Source of the DNA: Terriglobia bacterium
Lineage (GTDB): Bacteria; Acidobacteriota; Polarisedimenticolia; Polarisedimenticolales; JAIQFR01
NCBI GenBank assembly: GCA_963748015.1
Contig: CAVVHE010000004.1
Coordinates: forward strand, 1,408,001 to 1,472,000
Direction of reading: 5' to 3'
DNA length: 64,000 nucleotides
Below, one piece after another: positions 28,744-39,493 of this stretch. The translations under genes and the position numbers were made by a program. Below the pieces are notes generated by a model, which did not search any database, was not told where the DNA came from, and worked only from the letters and a program-made list of their open reading frames with translations. How positions within the stretch are numbered: the first letter of the stretch is position 1; each line of letters opens with the position of its first letter.

Positions 28744-30687
28744 ATGAGAACGCAAGTGAAAAACAGGGTGATCGTGGTCGCGATGGTGGCGATCGTCGTG
28801 ATGGCGCTGGCCACCGCGTCGTACGCGGCGCCTCGCCGCGCGATCGTGGCCCCGGACCTCGATTCCCGCCGCGGCGGAGAAGTCCGCGTCATCGTCACGT
28901 ACGGCGCGAAAGTCCAGGACTCGGAACTCCCCGCCCTGCTGGGACGCAGCGCGCGGCTCGAGAGGAAGCTCGCGGGGATCCACGCCGTTTCCGGCGTCAT
29001 GGCGTCCCGCGACATCGATCGTCTCGCCGGCGATCCGCGGGTCCTCGCGATCTCGCCCGACCGACGCGTGCGGAGCACGATGGATGTCGCCGTGCCCACG
29101 GTCGGCGCCGACCGGATCGCCGACTTCTTCGGCTACACCGGCAGCGGCGTGACGGTCGCGCTGGTGGATTCGGGAATCGCCCCCTCGACGGCCATCGATT
29201 CCTCCCGGATCCTCTTCACGAAGAACTTCACCTCGGATCGGTCGGCCGGAGCGGACAGGTTCGGGCACGGAACGCACATCGCGGGCACGATCGGAGGCTC
29301 CGGAGCGAGCGGGTCGGTCCGCGGCATCGCTCCGGGCGTCAACTTCGTATCGCTCCGGGTTCTCGACCGCGACGGCAACGGCTACACGAGCGACGTGATC
29401 GAGGCGATCGACTGGGCGATCGCCCACCGGGCGTTCTACGGCATCCGCGTGCTGAACCTCTCTCTCGGCCACGCGCCGATGGAGAGCTACCGCACGGACC
29501 CGCTCGCGCGCGCGGTCGAGCACGCGTGGAGCCGCGGGATCGTCGTGGTGGTGTCGGCGGGGAACCGCGGGCGCGACGGCTACATGACCATCAACTCGCC
29601 GGGGAACGATCCGTACGTGCTGACGGTCGGAGCTATGAACGACCTGAACACGCCGGCCCGGATGGACGATGTTGCGACGACCTACACCGGCCGTGGGCCG
29701 TCCTACGGCGATCACGTCGTGAAGCCCGACCTGGTGGCTCCCGGAAATCGAGTCGTCTCGACCCTCGCGCCGAACGCCACGATCGCGCGCCTGTACCCCG
29801 ATCGCGTGATCGGCGGCGACCGCATCGAGCTGTCCGGCACGAGCATGGCCGCCGGCGTGACCTCCGGCGCCATCGCTATTCTCCTCCAGCGCAACCCCTT
29901 CCTGAGCCCCGACCAGGTGAAGACGATCCTCATGGGCTCCGCCGAGAAGCGCGCGGGCGCGGACGTGTTCGCCGTTGGAGCCGGCTACCTGAGCCTGATT
30001 CGCGCGGCCGCCATGACCGGCCGGTTCCGCCCGCTCGTTTTCAACAGCGCGAGCCCCGTTGTCGAGCGGCAAGGGAGCGACGGATTCCGTCTCGAGCAGC
30101 CGCCCACGATCGTTCGGGCCTCGCAGGCGCTGTGGGGCGACCAGGCGCTGTGGGGCGATCAGGCCCTTTGGGGCGACCAGGCGCTGTGGGGCGATCAGGC
30201 GCTTTGGGGCGACCAGGCGCTGTGGGGCGACCAGGCGCTGTGGGGCGACCAGGCGCTGTGGGGCGATCAGGCGCTTTGGGGCGACCAGGCGCTGTGGGGC
30301 GACCAGGCGCTGTGGGGCGACCAGGCGCTGTGGGGCGACCAGGCGCTGTGGGGCGACCAGGCGCTGTGGGGCGACCAGGCGCTGTGGGGCGACCAGGCGC
30401 TGTGGGGCGACCAGGCGCTGTGGGGCGACCAGGCGCTGTGGGGCGACCAGGCGCTGTGGGGCGACCAGGCGCTGTGGGGCGACCAGGCGCTGTGGGGCGA
30501 CCAGGCCCTGTGGGGCGACCAGGCGCTGTGGGGCGATCAGGCCCTGTGGGGCGATCAGGCCCTGTGGGGCGATCAGGCCCTGTGGGGCGACCAGGCCCTG
30601 TGGGGCGATCAGGCCCTGTGGGGCGACCAGGCGCTGTGGGGCGATCAGGCCCTGTGGGGCGACGCCGTGCTCGGCAGCGGCGACTGA
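28744..30687 (+). CDS. Secreted S8 subtilase with C-terminal (QALWGD)x30 tail
   Basis: Signal peptide, I9-like propeptide, triad VDSG / GHGTH / GTSMA, oxyanion SAGN. Confidence 0.93.
   Translation: MRTQVKNRVIVVAMVAIVVMALATASYAAPRRAIVAPDLDSRRGGEVRVIVTYGAKVQDSELPALLGRSARLERKLAGIHAVSGVMASRDIDRLAGDPRVLAISPDRRVRSTMDVAVPTVGADRIADFFGYTGSGVTVALVDSGIAPSTAIDSSRILFTKNFTSDRSAGADRFGHGTHIAGTIGGSGASGSVRGIAPGVNFVSLRVLDRDGNGYTSDVIEAIDWAIAHRAFYGIRVLNLSLGHAPMESYRTDPLARAVEHAWSRGIVVVVSAGNRGRDGYMTINSPGNDPYVLTVGAMNDLNTPARMDDVATTYTGRGPSYGDHVVKPDLVAPGNRVVSTLAPNATIARLYPDRVIGGDRIELSGTSMAAGVTSGAIAILLQRNPFLSPDQVKTILMGSAEKRAGADVFAVGAGYLSLIRAAAMTGRFRPLVFNSASPVVERQGSDGFRLEQPPTIVRASQALWGDQALWGDQALWGDQALWGDQALWGDQALWGDQALWGDQALWGDQALWGDQALWGDQALWGDQALWGDQALWGDQALWGDQALWGDQALWGDQALWGDQALWGDQALWGDQALWGDQALWGDQALWGDQALWGDQALWGDQALWGDQALWGDQALWGDQALWGDQALWGDQALWGDAVLGSGD
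30124..30663 (+). repeat. In-frame 18-bp tandem repeat x30
   Basis: CAGGC(G/C)CT(G/T)TGGGGCGA(C/T); 540 bp = 30 units; only synonymous variation. Confidence 0.97.
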
Positions 30688-30771
30688 GAATCGGGGACTC
30701 GCGAGGAGGATCTCGCGAGCGAAGATGCTGCTCTAGAAAGGTTCGAGCTCCTGCCACCCTCCCTGGCTCGC

Positions 30772-30811
30772 TGCGGAGGCCGCGCACGGCGCGGCCTCCG
30801 CATTCTTCCTT
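30772..30811 (+). terminator. Intrinsic terminator-like hairpin
   Basis: TGCGGAGGCCGCGC-ACG-GCGCGGCCTCCGCA followed by TTCTTCCTT, between convergent genes. Confidence 0.65.
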
Positions 30812-30823
30812 CCAGGGCGAGAA

Positions 30824-32485
30824 TCAAATCCGGGGCGTGCCCCGCAGCAGGCCGAGCACGACCCGCTGCGCGTGCTCGGGCTCGAGCTTGCGAGCGAAGA
30901 GGCGCGTCAGCTCGCGGGGTCCGAGCCTTCCGGAACGGACCCTCTCGAAGAGGATCGCGCTCAGCCGCTTTCCGAGCTCGCGGGCGAGCGCCCGGCGAGT
31001 TTCGCGGGGCCCCCGCAACGGGTCGAGCAGCTCGGGAGGGGCACTCGACTTGCCCGAAGCCTCGAATCGCCGGTGGGAAGCGATCCACCGCGCGAGCACC
31101 GCGGCGTCTCCCGCAACATGCGGGGCCCTCGTTTCCCCCGCGACGCCGGCGCCGGGCGAGGATCCTCCCGCGGCGCTGCTCGCGGGGTCCACGAGCCGCG
31201 CTCCGAGGCCGACCAGCGCCTCGTTGAAGGCCGCTCCGTAGGCGCGCGCCACCGGGTCGGCGGGAATTTCGTCCGCGGCCCCGAACAGCCGGCCGGAGAG
31301 CACCGCGCGAAGGAACCTCGCCCCTTCGCCCGCGGCCTGCCCGGGCAGGTACCGCAGGAGGAAGAGCGTGTTCGAACGGGGGTCGTAGAGCGCGCCCTGC
31401 GACGCGAGCAGCGCGCGCGCCTCCTCGACCTCCTCCGTCGAGCGGGCGTGCTCCTCGAGAATCGGCCCGATCAGCTCGGCCGCCTCGGGGCCGCTGTACA
31501 CCTCCGGCAGAGCATCCGCCAGGTCCTCCTCCCAGCCGCCGCCGTGGCGCACCCGCCGCTTCCTCGGATCGATGCCGAGCCATCCCAGCAGGACGCCGAT
31601 GAGGTGATGCACCGCGGGGGTGAGATCCACCTCCTCGTCGGGAGGCACGTCCTCTCGCCAGCGCTCCAGCACCTGCCGGTACGACTCGTACTTCGCGAGG
31701 GGCGTGGTGTGGAACACCGCGAACGTCCCGGCGTCGAAGCGCGCGACGGCGGGGACCCGCACGCCCTCGCTCACGAAGTGCCAGTACGCCGGATCCGGAT
31801 CCTGGTAGACGATCGTCTCGCTTCGCTCGATGCCCTTGCGCGCGAGGCGGGCGCGAACGCGTCCGGGAAGATGCGAGGGGGCGAGATGGGACTCCCCGAA
31901 GAGGACCAATAGCCTGCTCCCCGGATGCTCCGCGACGATCCCCTCGATACGCCGGGCGGCGTGCTCGTCGCGGCGGCGCAGCCCCTCGAAGCCCCGGCGT
32001 GGCGGCACGTCCAGCGCGAAGACCGGAACGCCGAGCGACCTCGCGCGCTCGAGCAGAGCCCGGTAGCCCTCCCACGGGTAGCCCCATTCCTCGCGGTAGT
32101 GGATCCGCCTCAGGAACGCGCCGTCGTCCAGCGCCCCGGACTGCCGCCTATCCAGGAGGCGCTGCTGGCGCGTGTAGACGAACTCCACCCCGAGCGCTAC
32201 CGGCCCTTTCGCGCGGAGCGTCTCGAGCAGGGCGGCCGCGAAGCTCTGGCAGGAGGGAAGGGCGTGAAAATCGCCGAGCCAGACGATCCCCGCGGAAGCG
32301 CAGGCCCGTTCGAGTTCGTCGCGAGTCGAGGCCAGGGGCGGGCGGCGAATCCGACGGTTCAGCGCGCGGAAGTAGGGATGGCCGAGGGAGCCGTCGACGC
32401 CGAGGACCTCGCGCTTCTGCCGCTCCGCCGCCTCCCGCTGCCGCGCGAGGAGCTCCCGCGCGGCCCGCGTCGTGCGGCGTGGCAC
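30824..32485 (-). CDS. ChaN/Tiki-like superfamily protein with C-terminal extension
   Basis: IVWLGDFH, ALGVEF, RRRDEHAA, VLFGESHL. Confidence 0.65.
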   Translation of the reverse strand: MPRRTTRAARELLARQREAAERQKREVLGVDGSLGHPYFRALNRRIRRPPLASTRDELERACASAGIVWLGDFHALPSCQSFAAALLETLRAKGPVALGVEFVYTRQQRLLDRRQSGALDDGAFLRRIHYREEWGYPWEGYRALLERARSLGVPVFALDVPPRRGFEGLRRRDEHAARRIEGIVAEHPGSRLLVLFGESHLAPSHLPGRVRARLARKGIERSETIVYQDPDPAYWHFVSEGVRVPAVARFDAGTFAVFHTTPLAKYESYRQVLERWREDVPPDEEVDLTPAVHHLIGVLLGWLGIDPRKRRVRHGGGWEEDLADALPEVYSGPEAAELIGPILEEHARSTEEVEEARALLASQGALYDPRSNTLFLLRYLPGQAAGEGARFLRAVLSGRLFGAADEIPADPVARAYGAAFNEALVGLGARLVDPASSAAGGSSPGAGVAGETRAPHVAGDAAVLARWIASHRRFEASGKSSAPPELLDPLRGPRETRRALARELGKRLSAILFERVRSGRLGPRELTRLFARKLEPEHAQRVVLGLLRGTPRI

Positions 32486-32679
32486 TACTTGCCGGCGCCC
32501 CCGGACGTGCCGTTCGGGCCGCCCTTGGTCTGGTCGTTCTCACCGCCGCGCATGGCGGAACGGAAGCTCTTGATGCCCTCGCCGAGACCCTTGCCGATCT
32601 CCGGCAGCTTCCGGGCGCCGAACAGGAGGATGACCACCAGGGCGATGAGAAGGATTTCGGGCCAACCGAGACTGCCCAT
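32485..32679 (-). CDS. tatA: Twin-arginine translocase TatA/E
   Basis: LGWPEILLI..LLFGARKLPEIGKGLGEGIKSFR. Confidence 0.95.
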   Translation of the reverse strand: MGSLGWPEILLIALVVILLFGARKLPEIGKGLGEGIKSFRSAMRGGENDQTKGGPNGTSGGAGK

Positions 32680-32698
32680 CGTACGCTCCCTCGGCGCG

Positions 32699-34594
32699 CT
32701 AGCCGTTCGCGCCGCCAGTTCCGTCGATCAGGATCTCTCTCGCGTTGCCTACCCGCCGCGTCGCGCGCTCCGCGTCGAGCTGCTCGAGGAGGGGAATCGC
32801 GTTCTTCCGCGTGACCCCCGCCAGCTCCTTGAACTCCGCGACGTCGATCGTGCGAGACCGCTTTCCGTACTCGCGCAGCTTGCGTCTCAGTTCCTCGAGC
32901 GCTTCCGCGTGGAACAGCCGGCCGTCCCTGATGCGGACCAGCCGTCCTTCCGCCTGCAGCACGTCGAGGATCCTGGCCGCCCTTTCGCCGCCTTCCGAAC
33001 GAACCACCTCGGCCGCGTCGGGTGCGTCGAGCCACGCGTCGCGGTACCGCTTTTCGATCCGCCGGGCCGCCTCCGAATCCCCCCCTGACAGTACCACCCT
33101 GTGGGTCGCGAGCGCCACACGTTCCCCTGCCCGCCGCACTTCGCCCCGCTCGGCTAGCCCCTCCACGAGGCCACGCCATGCCTCGACCGGGAGATCCCGC
33201 GAAACCCGGGAGCGCAGGTCCTCGAGGAGCATGCCGCTCCGCAGCGGCTCCTCCGCGTGGAACTGGCGGAGGGTCCCGAGCGCGCGGCCCTCGGCGTCTC
33301 GCCAGACCCCCCCGTCGAACAGTCGGCCGCCCGCCGCGACGGCCCGCCCCTCCTCGCGCAGGCGCGAGATGGCCGACTCGAGATCGCCGGCCGTCCGCCC
33401 GAGCTCGGCGGCGAGCTCTTCCCTCGCCTTGCCGCGCGGGCCGGCGCGCTCCAATCGCGAGGAAAGCGGGTCCCCCGGGTCGGCCGCGACGGGACCGAGC
33501 GGTCCGGCGCGCTTCCCACGCCTCGCCGGGGGCTGCGCGTCCAGCACGGTCCCTCCCCCGACCGTGTCCACCGGCGCGGGCCGGCGCAGGACGAAGCGGT
33601 CGCCCGGGAGCAGGACCGTCTCCTCGTCGAAGCGGAGCTCCGCGTCGAGCGCCCCGTCCTCGGCCCCGCCGAGGGCGCGCATCTTCGTCCCCCTCTCGCA
33701 CGTCCCCTGGTGAAAGCGGACCAGGCCTCCCTTGCTCAGTCGTTCCGGCGCTTCCGGGAGGAGGCGGACCCTGGCCCACGCGCGGCGCGTGGTGAGCAGC
33801 GCGCCGGGCAGGGACAGCGTGGAGCCTCGGGGCACCTCCTCCCATGAGAGCCCCTGGAGGTTCACGGCCGTGCGCTGGCCGGCGAGCACCTCGGCGACCC
33901 GCCGATGGTGAACCTGGAGCCCGCGAATGCGCCCGCGCCGCCCGCCGGGGAGGACCTCGATTTCGTCCCCCTCCCGGAGTGCGCCCGAGACGAGCGTCCC
34001 GGTCACGACGGTTCCGAATCCCCGCAGCACGAACGAGCGATCCACGGGGAGCCGCGGGATCCCGCTCGCGGGACGGGGCGGGACCCGCGAGAAGAGTTCC
34101 GCGAGCGCCGCGCCAAGCTCGTCGAGCCCCGCGCCCGTGCGGGAGGAAACGGGAATCACCGGCGCGCCGTCGAGGAAGGTGCCGGCGAGGAACTCGCGGA
34201 CCTCGAGGGACGCCACCGCGAGCAGGTCGGCGTCCACGAGGTCGGACTTGGTCAGCGCGACGAGGCCGTTCCGGATCTCGAGCAGCGAGCAGATCGCGAC
34301 GTGCTCGCGGGTCTGGGGCTTCACCCCCTCGTCCGCCGCCACCACGAGCAGCACGGCGTCGATCCCCGTCGCGCCGGCCACCATGTGGCGCACGAAGCGC
34401 TCGTGCCCCGGCACGTCGACGAGCGAGAGGATCCGTCCGTCGCCGAGGTCCAGGTCGGCGAATCCCAGGTCGATCGTGATGCCCCGCGACTTCTCCTCGG
34501 GGAGCCGGTCGGGATCGGTCCCCGTCAGGGCGCGCACCAGCGCGCTCTTCCCGTGGTCGATGTGGCCGGCGGTGCCGAGGACGAGGTGGCGCAA
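32699..34594 (-). CDS. selB: Selenocysteine-specific elongation factor
   Basis: [28 protein letters not shown], winged-helix C-terminus [13 protein letters not shown] start. Confidence 0.96.
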   Translation of the reverse strand: MRHLVLGTAGHIDHGKSALVRALTGTDPDRLPEEKSRGITIDLGFADLDLGDGRILSLVDVPGHERFVRHMVAGATGIDAVLLVVAADEGVKPQTREHVAICSLLEIRNGLVALTKSDLVDADLLAVASLEVREFLAGTFLDGAPVIPVSSRTGAGLDELGAALAELFSRVPPRPASGIPRLPVDRSFVLRGFGTVVTGTLVSGALREGDEIEVLPGGRRGRIRGLQVHHRRVAEVLAGQRTAVNLQGLSWEEVPRGSTLSLPGALLTTRRAWARVRLLPEAPERLSKGGLVRFHQGTCERGTKMRALGGAEDGALDAELRFDEETVLLPGDRFVLRRPAPVDTVGGGTVLDAQPPARRGKRAGPLGPVAADPGDPLSSRLERAGPRGKAREELAAELGRTAGDLESAISRLREEGRAVAAGGRLFDGGVWRDAEGRALGTLRQFHAEEPLRSGMLLEDLRSRVSRDLPVEAWRGLVEGLAERGEVRRAGERVALATHRVVLSGGDSEAARRIEKRYRDAWLDAPDAAEVVRSEGGERAARILDVLQAEGRLVRIRDGRLFHAEALEELRRKLREYGKRSRTIDVAEFKELAGVTRKNAIPLLEQLDAERATRRVGNAREILIDGTGGANG

Positions 34595-34595
34595 T

Positions 34596-34633
34596 CTAGG
34601 AGCCCGTCCGAGTAATCCCGCGGGCCGCGCGCA
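34596..34633. repeat. Solo copy of the MITE terminal repeat inside the kinase 3' end
   Basis: CTAGGAGCCCGTCCGAGTAATCCCGCGGGCCGCGCGCA matches 28161-28196 with 2 mismatches. Confidence 0.8.
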
Positions 34634-36944
34634 GTCTCGATCGCACCGCGCGGCGCAGCTCGTCGAGGTCGAAGGGCTTCATCAGCACGGCGATGCCGCG
34701 GCTCCGCGCGAACGCCTCCGGCTCGCGGCTCATCGTGTCGCCGGTGGTCAGGAGGATGCGAGCCGAGACGCCGGGCTCGAGCCGCTCCATCTCCTCGCAG
34801 AGGCGGGCACCTCCCATCCCGGGCATCCTCAGGTCGGCGACGACGAGGTCGAACTCCTCGCGCTCCAGGCGGTCGAGGGCCTCCCTTCCGTCGCGCGCAG
34901 GCTCCGCGACGTGGCCGTCGCCCGCGAGCGTCTCGCAGATCATTCGAGCGACGGCCTCCTCGTCGTCCACAACGAGGATCCGGCCCGGCGCAACCGCGAC
35001 GTCGGTAGCCTCGGGGGCGGCGCGCTCTCCGGCCGACGCGGTGGCGCTCCCGACGGGCAGCTCGATCCGGAAGGTCGTCCCGCGTCCGTCCTCGCTCTCC
35101 ACCGAGACGCTCCCTCCGTGGGCCTCGACCGCGCTCTCCACCAGGGAAAGGCCGAGCCCGGTCCCCTGCCCCGACGCCTTGGTGGTGAAGAAGGGCTCGA
35201 AGACGCGAGAGCGGACGGACTCCGGGATTCCCGGCCCGTCGTCGGCCACCTCGAGCGAGATCCACCCCGGCCGCAGGCTCCGGGTGGTCACGCTGACGAC
35301 CCCGCCGCGCCCGGATCCCCGGATGGCCTGCTGCGCGTTGCTCATGAGGTTCAGCACGGCCTGCTGGAGCTGGTGAGCGTCTCCGAAGATCGTGGGAACG
35401 TCGCGACCGAGCTCGGCCTCGATCCGCACGTCGCTCACGCGGAACTGGTAGGACATCAGCCCGATCACCGACTGGACGACCTCGTTCACGCTCATCAGCT
35501 TCCGCTCGGGCTCGTGGCGCCGTGCGAACGAGAGGAGGTTCTGGACGATCTTCTGGCAGCGGCGAGCCTCGCGGTGCACGACGTCGAGCCGGGCGGCGAG
35601 CTTCGGGTCGGGAGTGCCCGCCCGCGCGAGCTGGGAGTATCCGAGCACCGACGAGAGAGGGTTGTTCAGCTCGTGCGCGATCCCCGAGATCAGCTCGCCG
35701 AGGCTCGACATCTTCTCGGCCTGCGCGAGCTGCGCCTGCAGGCGCCGGCGCTCGGTGACGTCGGCGAGGACGAGGACCAGCGCGTCGGGGCGGCCGCTCT
35801 TCCCCGCGAGGGCGGAAACGGTCACGGCCAGGATCGTGCCCCCCGGAAGATGGGCCTCCTCTTCCGACGCCGCCACGCCCCGGTCGAGAATCCCGGCGGC
35901 GAGCGGAGCGAGCTCGAGGTCGCCTATCCGCGCGAGCGGCTCGTCCCCCGTCCGGGGATCGAGGCGGCCGAGGAGCGCTGCGGCGGAGCGATTGGCCACG
36001 ACGACGCGAAGCGAGCGGTCGGCCAGGATGACCGCCTGCGGCATCGAATCCAGGATCGAGCGGAAACGGTCCTGCTCCGCTTCGAGCACGGTGAGGATCC
36101 GGTCGAGATGCAGCGAGACCTGGTTCGCCGCGCCGAAGAAGGGGCGGAGCATTCGCTCGGTCGCGTGCCCGGACGGCACGATCCCCAACGCGGCCACCGT
36201 CCTACCCCGGCGGGTGAGCGGCGCGAAGGACGAGTCCGGACCCGTGGACGCGGAGCGACGACTCGAGTGGCTCTCGTCGAAGCCGGGAAGCCGTTCGATC
36301 GATACCCGCACGGGAAGCTCCGGCGGGAGCTCCGCGGCGGCGGCCGCCCGCTCCGCGAGCGACTCGATCACGGCGTCCGCGGCAGGACGGGCCAGGAAGA
36401 CGCGCACCTCCCCTTCCCCGGCCAGGGCGTGCGCGGCGGCCAGCAGGTCCGCCCCGGTCCCCTCCTGGAGTACCACGGCGGCGTCGAGGAACAGGGCGTC
36501 CCAGGTCCTCGCCGCCGCGGCGCAGCGGCCGAGGTCCTGGAGCATGTCGAGCTCGCGCGCCCGGCCGCGCAGCTTCTGCTCCCCCCGCGCGATCTCGCTC
36601 CGAGCCGAGCGCCAGGCGGCGATCACCGCCGCCGCCCGCTCCACCTCGCCTCGCTCCGGAGGCTCGCCTCCGGCGCGGCGCGCCGAGAGAACCCAGTCCG
36701 GGTCGCCGGGGATCCTGGCTTCCCGCCAGCTGCCGCCGTCCTCCCGCGCGCCGCCGCTCGCGCCGTATCGGGCCTGTTCGCGGCCGCTCTCGCCCGAGAG
36801 CCGGAGCACGAGGTCGAGGCTCTCGGGGCGGTCGAAGATCGGCGCGATCTCGGCGAGCGCGGCCTCGGCGGCGGTGACGCGGATCAGACGGGACCAGTCG
36901 AGCTCCGCGCGGCGTTCGACCTTTCCCGGTCCCGTCGTCTCCAT
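34596..36944 (-). CDS. Hybrid histidine kinase (PAS-HisKA-HATPase-REC)
   Basis: [31 protein letters not shown]; receiver VVDDE, DLRMP, KPF. Confidence 0.92.
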   Translation of the reverse strand: METTGPGKVERRAELDWSRLIRVTAAEAALAEIAPIFDRPESLDLVLRLSGESGREQARYGASGGAREDGGSWREARIPGDPDWVLSARRAGGEPPERGEVERAAAVIAAWRSARSEIARGEQKLRGRARELDMLQDLGRCAAAARTWDALFLDAAVVLQEGTGADLLAAAHALAGEGEVRVFLARPAADAVIESLAERAAAAAELPPELPVRVSIERLPGFDESHSSRRSASTGPDSSFAPLTRRGRTVAALGIVPSGHATERMLRPFFGAANQVSLHLDRILTVLEAEQDRFRSILDSMPQAVILADRSLRVVVANRSAAALLGRLDPRTGDEPLARIGDLELAPLAAGILDRGVAASEEEAHLPGGTILAVTVSALAGKSGRPDALVLVLADVTERRRLQAQLAQAEKMSSLGELISGIAHELNNPLSSVLGYSQLARAGTPDPKLAARLDVVHREARRCQKIVQNLLSFARRHEPERKLMSVNEVVQSVIGLMSYQFRVSDVRIEAELGRDVPTIFGDAHQLQQAVLNLMSNAQQAIRGSGRGGVVSVTTRSLRPGWISLEVADDGPGIPESVRSRVFEPFFTTKASGQGTGLGLSLVESAVEAHGGSVSVESEDGRGTTFRIELPVGSATASAGERAAPEATDVAVAPGRILVVDDEEAVARMICETLAGDGHVAEPARDGREALDRLEREEFDLVVADLRMPGMGGARLCEEMERLEPGVSARILLTTGDTMSREPEAFARSRGIAVLMKPFDLDELRRAVRSRLRAARGITRTGS

Positions 36945-37053
36945 GCATTCCCCTTCGCCGCGGTCGTGCGCCGCGGCCGGCGCGCCCGGAGCGTGAGTCT
37001 ACCCCGAAACTCGAGAGGAATGGACGGGCGGCGGGCCGCCCGAGGACGGCGGC

Positions 37054-37950
37054 TCAGGTCCGGGAGCGGTCCGTCTTGGCGATCGCGCTGACCGGGTACG
37101 GCCGCTTCGACGGCGCCGCGACCATGCGCTTGCGCGCGAACATCTTTCGGAGCCTGGACTTGGCCTGGCACTCGATCTGCCGGACCCGCTCCCGGCTGAT
37201 CCCCATCTTCTCGCCGATCTCCTTGAGCGTCAGCGAGGGACCGCCCGTGAGACCGAAGCGGAACGACACGACGCTCCGCTCCTGGTCGGTGAGATGCGCC
37301 ATCGCGTCGCCCACGAGGTTGCTCGCCTCGCGCTTGATGAGATCGTCCTCGGGACTCAGGCACGCGACGTCCACGAGGTAGTCGCCGATCGGCTTGTCGC
37401 GGTCCTTCCCGAAGCGCTCCTCGATGCTGACCTCGCGGAGGTTGAACTGCAGCACCTGGTCGATCTTCGAGACGGTCTTGGAAAGACGATCCGAGATCTC
37501 CTCGCGCTTCGGCGCCCGGCCGAGGCTGCGCCGGAGCGAGTTCTCCGCGTCGCGGATCTCCCGGACCTTCTTCATCTGGTAGTGCGGGACGCGCACCAGG
37601 TTCGAGTGCTCGGACAGCGCCTTCAGGATCGACTTGCGGATCCACCAGATCGCGTACGTGATGAATTTCGTGCCCTTGCTGGCGTCGTAGCGGTGCGCCG
37701 CCTCGATCAGCCCGATGTTTCCCTCGTTGAGCAGATCCTCGAAGGGAAGTCCGAGGTTCCGGTACTCGCTCGCGACCTTGACGACGAAGCTCAGGTTCGA
37801 CTCGATCAACTCGTTCAGCGCGCCCGACCGTCCCCGCTTGACGTGCCGCGCCAGGGACATCTCCTCTTCCTTCGTGAGCAGGGGGTACTCCCTGATCTCC
37901 GCAAAGTAGCGCGACAGCAAGGAGCTTCGATCGTGCTGGGTCGATTCCAT
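37054..37950 (-). CDS. Sigma70-family alternative sigma factor (RpoD/RpoS-like, no region 1.1)
   Basis: [56 protein letters not shown]. Confidence 0.93.
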   Translation of the reverse strand: MESTQHDRSSLLSRYFAEIREYPLLTKEEEMSLARHVKRGRSGALNELIESNLSFVVKVASEYRNLGLPFEDLLNEGNIGLIEAAHRYDASKGTKFITYAIWWIRKSILKALSEHSNLVRVPHYQMKKVREIRDAENSLRRSLGRAPKREEISDRLSKTVSKIDQVLQFNLREVSIEERFGKDRDKPIGDYLVDVACLSPEDDLIKREASNLVGDAMAHLTDQERSVVSFRFGLTGGPSLTLKEIGEKMGISRERVRQIECQAKSRLRKMFARKRMVAAPSKRPYPVSAIAKTDRSRT

Positions 37951-38244
37951 TCAGCTCCCTTCGTCACCTTCGAGTCGGGCCGGTACGACGCGGGGTCTCG
38001 CTGCGGACACCGACCACCGGCATCGCGAGTGTTACGGCTTGACACGATGTGCCGATGAACGTACATGTACGGCCCGAGTGAGGAGTGACGAAAAACGCGA
38101 CGCGGGCAGGGTCGTCGTTCGGCCCTGATTCCGTCGGATGCGCCATCACCGAGACCATCGGATCCCGATACAACGGTTTCCTCCGCGGCCCTCTCCGCCC
38201 TCCGGTGGGGAGGCTCGTGAGGCTGCAATTTTCCCGGTGATGTG

Positions 38245-38273
38245 ATTCTAGGCGGCAGCCCCAGGGGTGTCAA
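38245..38273 (-). promoter_or_regulatory. Near-consensus sigma70 promoter
   Basis: Minus strand TTGACA-17 nt-TAGAAT with AT-rich upstream DNA. Confidence 0.75.
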
Positions 38274-38402
38274 GGGCGAATTTCGTAAAAAGCCGCGTCG
38301 GCATTGAGTTTTCTGGATATTCGGCGGTTGCGGAAGGTGACGCGAAAGCGATGAGAATTCCGGTCGCTTCGGGTCGCTTTCGCCTCGCGGACGATGACCG
38401 GG

Positions 38403-39140
38403 TCAATTGACCCAGCGGTCCCGGTCGTCGGGCGGGGCCACGCGGAACTTCCTTCTTCGGATGCGCCACCTGACATCGCGGTAGAGGTCGCCCACCCGCC
38501 ACACCCGCTTCAGGTAGAGATAGCCGACGACCATGCCGCCGAGGTGCGCGATGTACGAGACGGGGCTCGCGCTCTGCCCCCATGCCGACACGAACGCGAT
38601 CACGAACAGGACCCACGAGAGGGTGCGCGCTCGCATCGGGAAGATCAGCATGAACAGGATCATCCGCTCCGAGAAGATGATCCCGTACGCAAGCAGCAGG
38701 CCGTAAATTGCGCCCGACGCGCCGATCGTCGGGACCATCGTGCCCGACCGATACCCGGCGACGGTCACGAAGGCTCCCGCGCCGACGCCGCAGACGAGGT
38801 AGTAGGTCAGATACCGCCTAGCACCCCAGTGCCGCTCGAGGTCGCCGCCGACCATCCACAGGATCAACATGTTGAGCAGCAGGTGGGTGATGTGCGCCGG
38901 CGAGTGCAGGAACATGTACGTGACCGGCTGCCAGACGTAGCCCCGCAAGACCAGCGGAGGCACGATGCCGAAGAACCAGGAGAGATCCGCCCGACCGAGC
39001 ACGGGGCCGACGAGGAACTGCACCCCCCACACGATGCCGCACGCGATCATGATCGCCCGCGTCACCGGCGTCACGGGCGGAAGCCCGAAACCCAGGCCGG
39101 ATCCCGACGATCGCGAGGGGGCGTGCCGGTAATAGCTCAT
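38403..39140 (-). CDS. Rhomboid family intramembrane serine protease
   Basis: WQPVTYMFLH, HLLLNM, GASG catalytic Ser, AHLGG; start MSYY 39140. Confidence 0.92.
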   Translation of the reverse strand: MSYYRHAPSRSSGSGLGFGLPPVTPVTRAIMIACGIVWGVQFLVGPVLGRADLSWFFGIVPPLVLRGYVWQPVTYMFLHSPAHITHLLLNMLILWMVGGDLERHWGARRYLTYYLVCGVGAGAFVTVAGYRSGTMVPTIGASGAIYGLLLAYGIIFSERMILFMLIFPMRARTLSWVLFVIAFVSAWGQSASPVSYIAHLGGMVVGYLYLKRVWRVGDLYRDVRWRIRRRKFRVAPPDDRDRWVN

Positions 39141-39493
39141 GATCCGGCGAGCCCCGGCACGGCGCCCGAGCCGCGCCCCGTGCGGAACAGCAGGAGGAGC
39201 GCGACGATCGCGCCGAGCAGGATCAGGAGGAGGACGAGCAGCATCATCGCGATCGCCATCAGCGCCCGGCCGGTTCCGCCGCTCTCCCGCAGCGCGTCGC
39301 CCAGCATCGCGGCGTGCAAGCGCCTGCCGGCGAGCGCCAGCGCGAGCGCGATTCCCGCGGCGACCCCGTAGAGCGCCGCGAGGGGCATCTCGGGCTTCCC
39401 GGCGTAGATCACCAGCGGGGACAGCAGGGCGGCGACCGCCAACCAGAGCACCGGCTCCAGCCAGGCGGTGCCCCCGCGGCGCCGTGCGGCTAT
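39137..39493 (-). CDS. Small 3-TM membrane protein (start uncertain: ATA 39493 or GTG 39451)
   Basis: Hydrophobic ORF whose stop overlaps rhomboid ATG. Confidence 0.55.
   Translation of the reverse strand: MAARRRGGTAWLEPVLWLAVAALLSPLVIYAGKPEMPLAALYGVAAGIALALALAGRRLHAAMLGDALRESGGTGRALMAIAMMLLVLLLILLGAIVALLLLFRTGRGSGAVPGLAGS

Noticed and set aside
30124..30663. Possible CRISPR array
   Set aside because: Contiguous 18-bp units with no spacers, in frame in a CDS with only synonymous changes; no cas genes in window
30041..30787. Repeat-rich ORFs in other frames (RPTAPG, GATRRC, GRPGAV repeats)
   Set aside because: Shadows of the QALWGD array; substitutions are silent only in the subtilase frame
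33927..37091. Very long antisense ORFs (e.g. 1054 aa here, also 23831-26614 and 41259-43583)
   Set aside because: Arg/Pro/Ala-rich, motif-free, overlap well-supported genes; expected from stop-codon scarcity at high GC
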